From NCBI GenBank assembly GCA_964036045.1, contig OZ038378.1, positions 187,984,001-188,048,000 on the forward strand: a DNA stretch of 64,000 bases. The letters are read 5' to 3'. Made by a program: the position numbers and the translations under genes. Each line of letters begins with the position of its first letter. The stretch's first letter is position 1. The DNA comes from Eutreptiella sp. 'Long Island Sound 2002' (Eukaryota > Protista > Euglenida). A model generated the notes under the pieces. That model saw nothing but the letters and a program-made list of their open reading frames with translations. It was not told where the DNA came from and made no database searches. This document shows positions 58,372-64,000 of the stretch, one piece after another.

Positions 58372-58627
58372 CTGTGACCGGGTCGCACACCGACATGGTG
58401 TGGAACGTGTCACCGTGGTACCCGCCTCGGGGCGTCAGGAACTTGCGCTTGCGGGGCTCCCCGATCGAGTACCAATACTGAAGGGCCTGCTTCATGGCGA
58501 CCTCCACAGCAACGGAGCCCGAATCGGAGATGAACACTTTGGTGAGGGGGGCCGGCGTCAGGTCCACCAGCGCTTTCGACAAAGCGGCAGCGGGTTCATG
58601 GGTGATGCCGCCGAACATGACGTGGGC
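58372..58627 (-). CDS. bioA: bioA exon 2 ([12 protein letters not shown]...[13 protein letters not shown]...[15 protein letters not shown])
   Basis: BioA-specific motifs; acceptor CCAG|GCC, donor G|GTCGCA. Confidence 0.95.
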
Positions 58628-59946
58628 CTGGCATACGTGCGGACAGAGCTTATGGGGCCAAAGTGACGGGGGGCGTTAGGCAGGAAACTTGGGAGACTCG
58701 GATTTTGGGAAGTGCAAAATCCGGAGTGGAACGCTTGGGCAACTCGCTTCTCGCGTGTCACTGGAACTGTTTGGGGGAGACGGACACACCCCAGCACACC
58801 ACAGCAGCACCGCATCCCGTGCAGCACAACATGACACACCACAGCACACCACAGCACACCTCCGCAAAGCACAGCACACCCAAGTCACACTCTGCGAAAT
58901 GAGATATCCTCTCGACTCTGGGCGAGGGCATATCAACGCCACCAGTGCGGAGTGCCCACGGGCAAAGATGCATTAGAATGGACCTCAGAGGCAGCCCCAG
59001 AAGCGGTTAGATCGGCGGTTGGAGGAGGTTGCCAAAGCAGTCCCGAGGCTTCTCTCTGAGGGCGTGGGATTCACAACGCAGGGGCCGGCCAGACAGAGGG
59101 GTGCCGGATTTCACCCTCGCCGCCTAATTTCGAGGAGACTGCGGCGACACAGACTGACGCTACAGTGCAAATATGGCCTGGTCCATCGCCTGTCTGTGTT
59201 AGTTTTCCTTGAGCAAGTATGTTAGTTTGGAGACAGATGAGATTTCGAATGCCCTTTTGCCACGGCAAAGGCCATGTTGGCCTGACTGCAACTGGGGAGC
59301 CCGGGCTGCAGGGTCCAGCGGTTGCCATCGCTGTTGGGGTCATTGCAGTGGGAGCCCAGGGTGGGGGTTGAGGCCTCAGTCGGCTGAGGCCCTCGCTTGG
59401 TCGCTTTGGGGTCAAGGGGGTGCAACGGTGCACATGACGGGGTGATGGAGGCCCTTGCGCAGGTGTTTGGCCACACTTTGTTACCTTTGGTCCCGGTGCG
59501 AGCCTATGTGGCCTGGCGGCTTACGGAGGTGCAGGGTTCTATCGGATTCGAACGATTGGGTGCAGAATTGGTCCCCTGTTTGTTTGGGGCACTCGGCTTT
59601 TCTGTGTCCCTGTATTTGTTTCGTTGCGGCAGGATGTCCCACTGGTGCTTGCATTGTCAAATTGCTGCCAGTGGAGCTGGCGGTTTGGGGGGGAATGTCC
59701 CGTGCAGACACTGCACTTTCTGGAAAGAACGGCTGCGGTGGTGCACCCGTGGGCAGGGATGCATTGGAAAAGGGGGGGGGGGTAACCCCCCCCCCTTTGC
59801 AGGGTGCCCAGCCTATGGCCGGCTGGTATCTCCTTGATGGCAAGTGCCAGCGTCAATGGCATTTGTAACCGACAGTAACCGCCCCCAACAGGGATTCATC
59901 TCCTGGGGGGGGGGTCGATACGACCCTCTGGCTAGATCCCCCCCCC

Positions 59947-60206
59947 AAAAAGGCTCAATTGACGGGACCCAAAAATCCTACCGAGACTGACCACGGGGCC
60001 CCAGAGGTGACCCGGACCCAACATTCGGCAAAAAAATGCAAATGGGATTTTTGGAATCAGCGTGTTGAGGGGGCCAGAAGAGTCATCTTTTGCCATGTAT
60101 TTGGTGAAAAAAAAATTGACCATTTTCAACGCTCAAAAAGTTTTCGGCCCCTTCAGCGCCAGAGTTCATAATAACTGATTCATGGTCCTGTCAATTGAGC
60201 CCTTTT
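59947..60206. mobile_element. MITE-like element (~260 bp) in bioA intron 1
   Basis: 23-bp inverted termini AAAAAGGCTCAATTGACGGGACC / GGTCCTGTCAATTGAGCCCTTTT (21/23 match). TSD is ambiguous in C-runs. Confidence 0.6.
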
Positions 60207-60809
60207 CCCAAACCACCCCCCCTCCCAATTTTGCCCCCCTAACCAGGAGTTGAAAACCCGACTTCCCCTGTTGAACGAACGCAAGCTGCACACAGGCGTC
60301 AGCAATCCATAAAACAGAGGGCAGGCTCATCAGTGGCCGTGTTGGACCATAGGCACCTTTCTGTCACAAAAGAGGGGTGGCTTGTGGCAGGGCACAGACC
60401 GGGGGCGGTATCGACTCATGCCGCCGCCCTGTTGACCTCGATTACCCCGAAGTCCATTGCTTGAGCCACAGCAGGGCACCTGACACGCGACTGGTACTGC
60501 CTCGTTCCCTTCCTGCGGCAAAACTAAACTCAGGTGCATCAACGTCACGTACTGAAGGGAGGGGCAAAAAACAGGCAGGACAGTAGAAAGCATCCCAGAT
60601 ATATCATCCCCAGCCCCGAATCGCAGGAAAAAACAACCAGAAAAGGGAACCGCCAAATTCCACGGGTTCAAAAGTTGCGGAAACAACACCTTTTGCTCCT
60701 ACGACACGGGCAGGGCTGTTGCAAGGGGGGGCTTTCCTTACCAGCCCGGCTCAGACAACGGGTTAACAGGCATCCCGTCTCTCCACCCTCACCTTCTCAG
60801 GGGAAGGAC

Positions 60810-61262
60810 CATTTTCTTCAGCTGCCGCTCCACGGCGCTGTTGAGGCGCGGGTGATTGTACCCGTGTATCGCTGTCCACCAGGACGACATCCCGTCGATC
60901 AGCTGCCGCCCGTCCGCCAGCTCCAGCCTCACCCCTGACGCGCCCACCACTTCGTAAGTGGGGAGGGGCTTGGTCAGGGACGTGTAGGGGTGCCAGACGT
61001 GGTAGCGGTCGAATTCCCGCAGCTCAGGGCTGAGCCCCGACGACGGCTTGTGGAGGCTGCCCTGTGAAGCGGGTCCGGACGTCGAAGCTGGAGGGCGTCC
61101 CCAGTCTTGGGCCTCACTGGGACTTGCAGAGGACGCGGGGCTGGCGTAAGAGGGGCTGCTACTGGACCGGGGTGTGCCCAGGAAAGCCGCAGTGTGCGAG
61201 AGTGGGCGCCTGGCCCGGCAAACGAGGCGCGCGCCGTGCGGCGCAAAGCGCCTGCATTGCAT
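60810..61262 (-). CDS. bioA: bioA exon 1: ~80-aa N-terminal extension plus FDRYHVWHPYTS...DGMSSWWTAIHGYNHP...QLKKM; whole gene 1521 nt = 506 aa adenosylmethionine-8-amino-7-oxononanoate aminotransferase
   Basis: Strong BioA N-terminal motifs. Joining exons of 453+256+354+458 nt with GT-AG introns gives one uninterrupted frame. ATG at 61262. Confidence 0.93.
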
Positions 61263-61304
61263 CAGTGGCAACAGAGTGGAACGACAAGAGACCCTTTGCA
61301 GGAA

Positions 61305-61347
61305 GTCGCGCGTGCATTGGTCGCGCGTGCATTGGTCGCGGGTGCAT
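61305..61347 (-). promoter_or_regulatory. 15-bp tandem repeat (about 3 copies) 43-85 nt upstream of the bioA ATG
   Basis: Minus strand ATGCACCCGCGACCAATGCACGCGCGACCAATGCACGCGCGAC contains two CCAAT. The regulatory role is inferred from position only. Confidence 0.35.
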
Positions 61348-64000
61348 ACGGGCGCCGTATTGCAAACCTGTCAACTTGAGGTACCACGCACACCCTTCGT
61401 CCCAAATGCCTCAGTTTTGGTCCCACAGATGTCACAGTGACCTCCACATGCACCAAACGTCGTCTGAAAGCCGACGGTGCCGTTTGACCAGAGGGTCGGC
61501 AGCATACCAATGAACCCAAGGGTGCTGCCCTTCAGCAGAAAATGTAGGGCCGGGAGGCGGTCCGATGGCAGTTGGCGGCTTCCTTGCAAATTTGGTGGCC
61601 CAGACAATGGTCAACAAGACGGTTTTCCCAACGCATTGCAAAAGGCATCCCTGATGTTTAACGGGGGAGGAAGCATCGACAACTGCTGCCTTGCGTTTGA
61701 CCTCCTGCGTGTCTGTCAGCTCCTCCTTGAAATTTCCTCACTCCAGCACAAACTTGACCACGATTACATAAAGGAAAAAATTGAGCATTTGGCAAAATCG
61801 GATTCAATCAGGGGCGTCCCCGAAACTCCCCCCAAAATGGTGAAGCATGTTCCAGAATTGAGGAACAGATGGTAAACGCAAGGGTCCAAATAATATTATG
61901 GGGAACGCACTTTCATTGTTATCTGATGATGATCCATCCGCATCTCAAGTGTCGTGAAAAATTGCGGGGGGGGGGGGGTCGCTGTTTTCAGTCCCCCCCA
62001 ACGCGGTGAAACGCCAAATGGCCACTGCAGGTTGGGGGGGCGGGGGGGCGTGCACATGACCGCAGAGGTACGTGTTTGGGTGAGTATTGCCCGCCACCTG
62101 CAGGCCATGCATATTCAACAACAGCCCAGGGGACTAGGCACAAAGCGGCGCAGGTTCCGGAGGTCCAACCTTATTCTGTAGTGAACACAAGCCTTTTCTT
62201 AGCAACGGGGGAGGGAGGCGGTGGGGGGGGGGGGCGTGAATGCAAAACTGCTGCAGTTTCTTCATGTGGCAATACGATGCATTCAGCATGGCTGAGGAAT
62301 GATTTAAGTATCTTGTGCCCCCCCCCTCCCCAAGGGGCTCCGTTGACACAACCAAAACACGTTCGGACCTACAGAGGGTCGGAATGTACAATGGCGAGAG
62401 GCCAAAAGGCGCCGCCAAAAGCAAGCAAACCAACACCATGGCCTCGTGCCAACCCCCCCCCCCAAGGCTATCCCCATCCCTACCCCATACTATTGCTGAA
62501 ACATAGTACGGGCGAGTGCACATAGTGCACGTGCATGTATGCTTGTAGTGCATATTGACTGCTTTTCCAGGAGACCCCGCTGGACCTTATGTCTGGTTTG
62601 CAATTAGGTACTTCCCCCATGTGATAGGCACTGTATGGCACTTTGCGTTTTTTTTATTTTGCGCAAAACAACACCTTGGACCGGGAATTAATTATTTCCG
62701 CAAATAATTAGGATTCGCACGGTAGCCCCAAAACTTGGGCTACTGGGTCGTCTGATGGCAGTGATGATTCCTGGGATTGCAGCTGAGAGGGCTGCGACGC
62801 TTGGGACGAGTTGTTGAAAAAGCGCGTCATGGACAGTGGCGTCCCTTGACAATGGGGGAAATGCCTACGCGATGCCTCTTGCCCCGGCCATGCAACTTGC
62901 CTCGGCAATGCAACTGATAAGACTGTGTGTCAGGTGTAGCTAGAAGTGATAAGCGCTCACCACAGGGACATGTCCACCCATAGGCATCCCGTTGGCCCAA
63001 TGCGATGTTGATTGCCGAAGACATCTAAAAGGTCTGCGAGGAGAAATAGCAAAAAAACACGTACCATGGAACCCAAATCTTAGTGGATTCTTGTTAACCG
63101 GACCTTCTCCCACTCACCCTTTTTTCTCCCTCGCTCCCTGTGCAATAGCCCAAATCCCTCTTTCTTTCCCTCTTTTGTCTTCTCCCTAACGATTGATTGC
63201 GGCTCTCTACAACCATGCAAGCATGCAAATAAAATCAAGTTCGCGGCCCCTTACTTTTACCTCAGTAGTAGTTCATGTGCCAATTTCATACAATGTAGCA
63301 AAGTGAGGTTACATGCAAGTTTAGGTAGCACACAATACAAAATTCCTCGGGGCGAAAAAAATTTCCACATGGGATGCTAGCCTTTTTTTCGGGGGGTACC
63401 CCCGGAGGGGGGGGGGTTCAAAAAATATTCGCACCAATTTTTTTCACCCACCCCCCTGGCTCTTGGCCCCATTCATGGTATGGTGCCTTCAAACCTTGAC
63501 AATGAAGTATGGGGGCACTTGTTGGTTGGTGGGTGGGTGCATCTTGTCTTCGGACCCCCCTTGCCCCCGTGTGGGTTAGGCTCGCTCTTGTGCCTCTAGC
63601 CCCAAAGTGGGTGCCTGTCCTTTTCATTTGCTTCTCTTCCACTGCAAAAACCATGGTGCAAAACACTGTGGTCCAACAGGGCCTCTGTGGTTGGGCCATG
63701 GGGCAGAGTGCAATGTCACACTTTGGACCTCTACCTACTCCACTGTTGCAGCACCGAGGTTGCAGGATTCACCCACCTGCTGTGTGGTGCCCACAAGGGC
63801 AGTGGCACATGCAACCATCTGCATACCCCACCCCCTTCCACTTGCGCAGGGGTACACTCACTAGAAACCCGTGCTTGTGACCTAGGGGCAGGTCTGTGAT
63901 GTACATACTTCAGCTTGTCATGCCGCGCACCCGGGGGGTTCAGTGCGGACTCTGTTGGTCTGCTTGTGCCATGAGTGCTCAGAGTACGCCGTGGATCTTG

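Noticed and set aside
53694-60809. Euglenid non-conventional introns in bioA
   Set aside because: All three fit GT-AG. I could not find the +4 CAG / -6 CTG pairing or extended end-to-end complementarity in any register.

Overview
Eukaryotic, transposon-rich nuclear DNA. The lineage is inferred, not shown: a photosynthetic euglenid fits best, based on a signal peptide + transit region + stop-transfer leader, a T-tract/AG acceptor 3 nt before an ATG, and a GTGTG intron donor. Four main components are present. (1) An intronless DEDDh 3'-5' exonuclease + RRM-like gene (SDN/REXO1-like) occurs twice (7386-9014, 20421-22049) inside a 3.4-kb near-identical direct duplication. A 9.6-kb TIR-bounded KDZ (Kyakuja-Dileera-Zisupton) DNA transposon (10655-20298) sits at the duplication junction with no target-site duplication. 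(2) An intact, young Ty3/gypsy chromodomain LTR retrotransposon lies on the minus strand (33615-45039, TSD TAATG). It is the most unusual object here. Its Pol carries an amino-DNA-methyltransferase-like (DIRS MT/Dam-like) domain between protease and RT. Gag and pol are in frame, separated by one UGA-CGG stop with a downstream hairpin. The LTRs end in AG...CT instead of TG...CA and contain a tRNA-derived segment conserved in an older relative (28464-28730). (3) A four-exon, bacterial-type stand-alone bioA gene with an N-terminal targeting peptide (61262-53236, minus). (4) Decayed gypsy, LINE, pogo and gag-like remnants, a MITE, dispersed repeats and many G/C homopolymer runs. All assignments come from motif recognition by eye; no searches were run.
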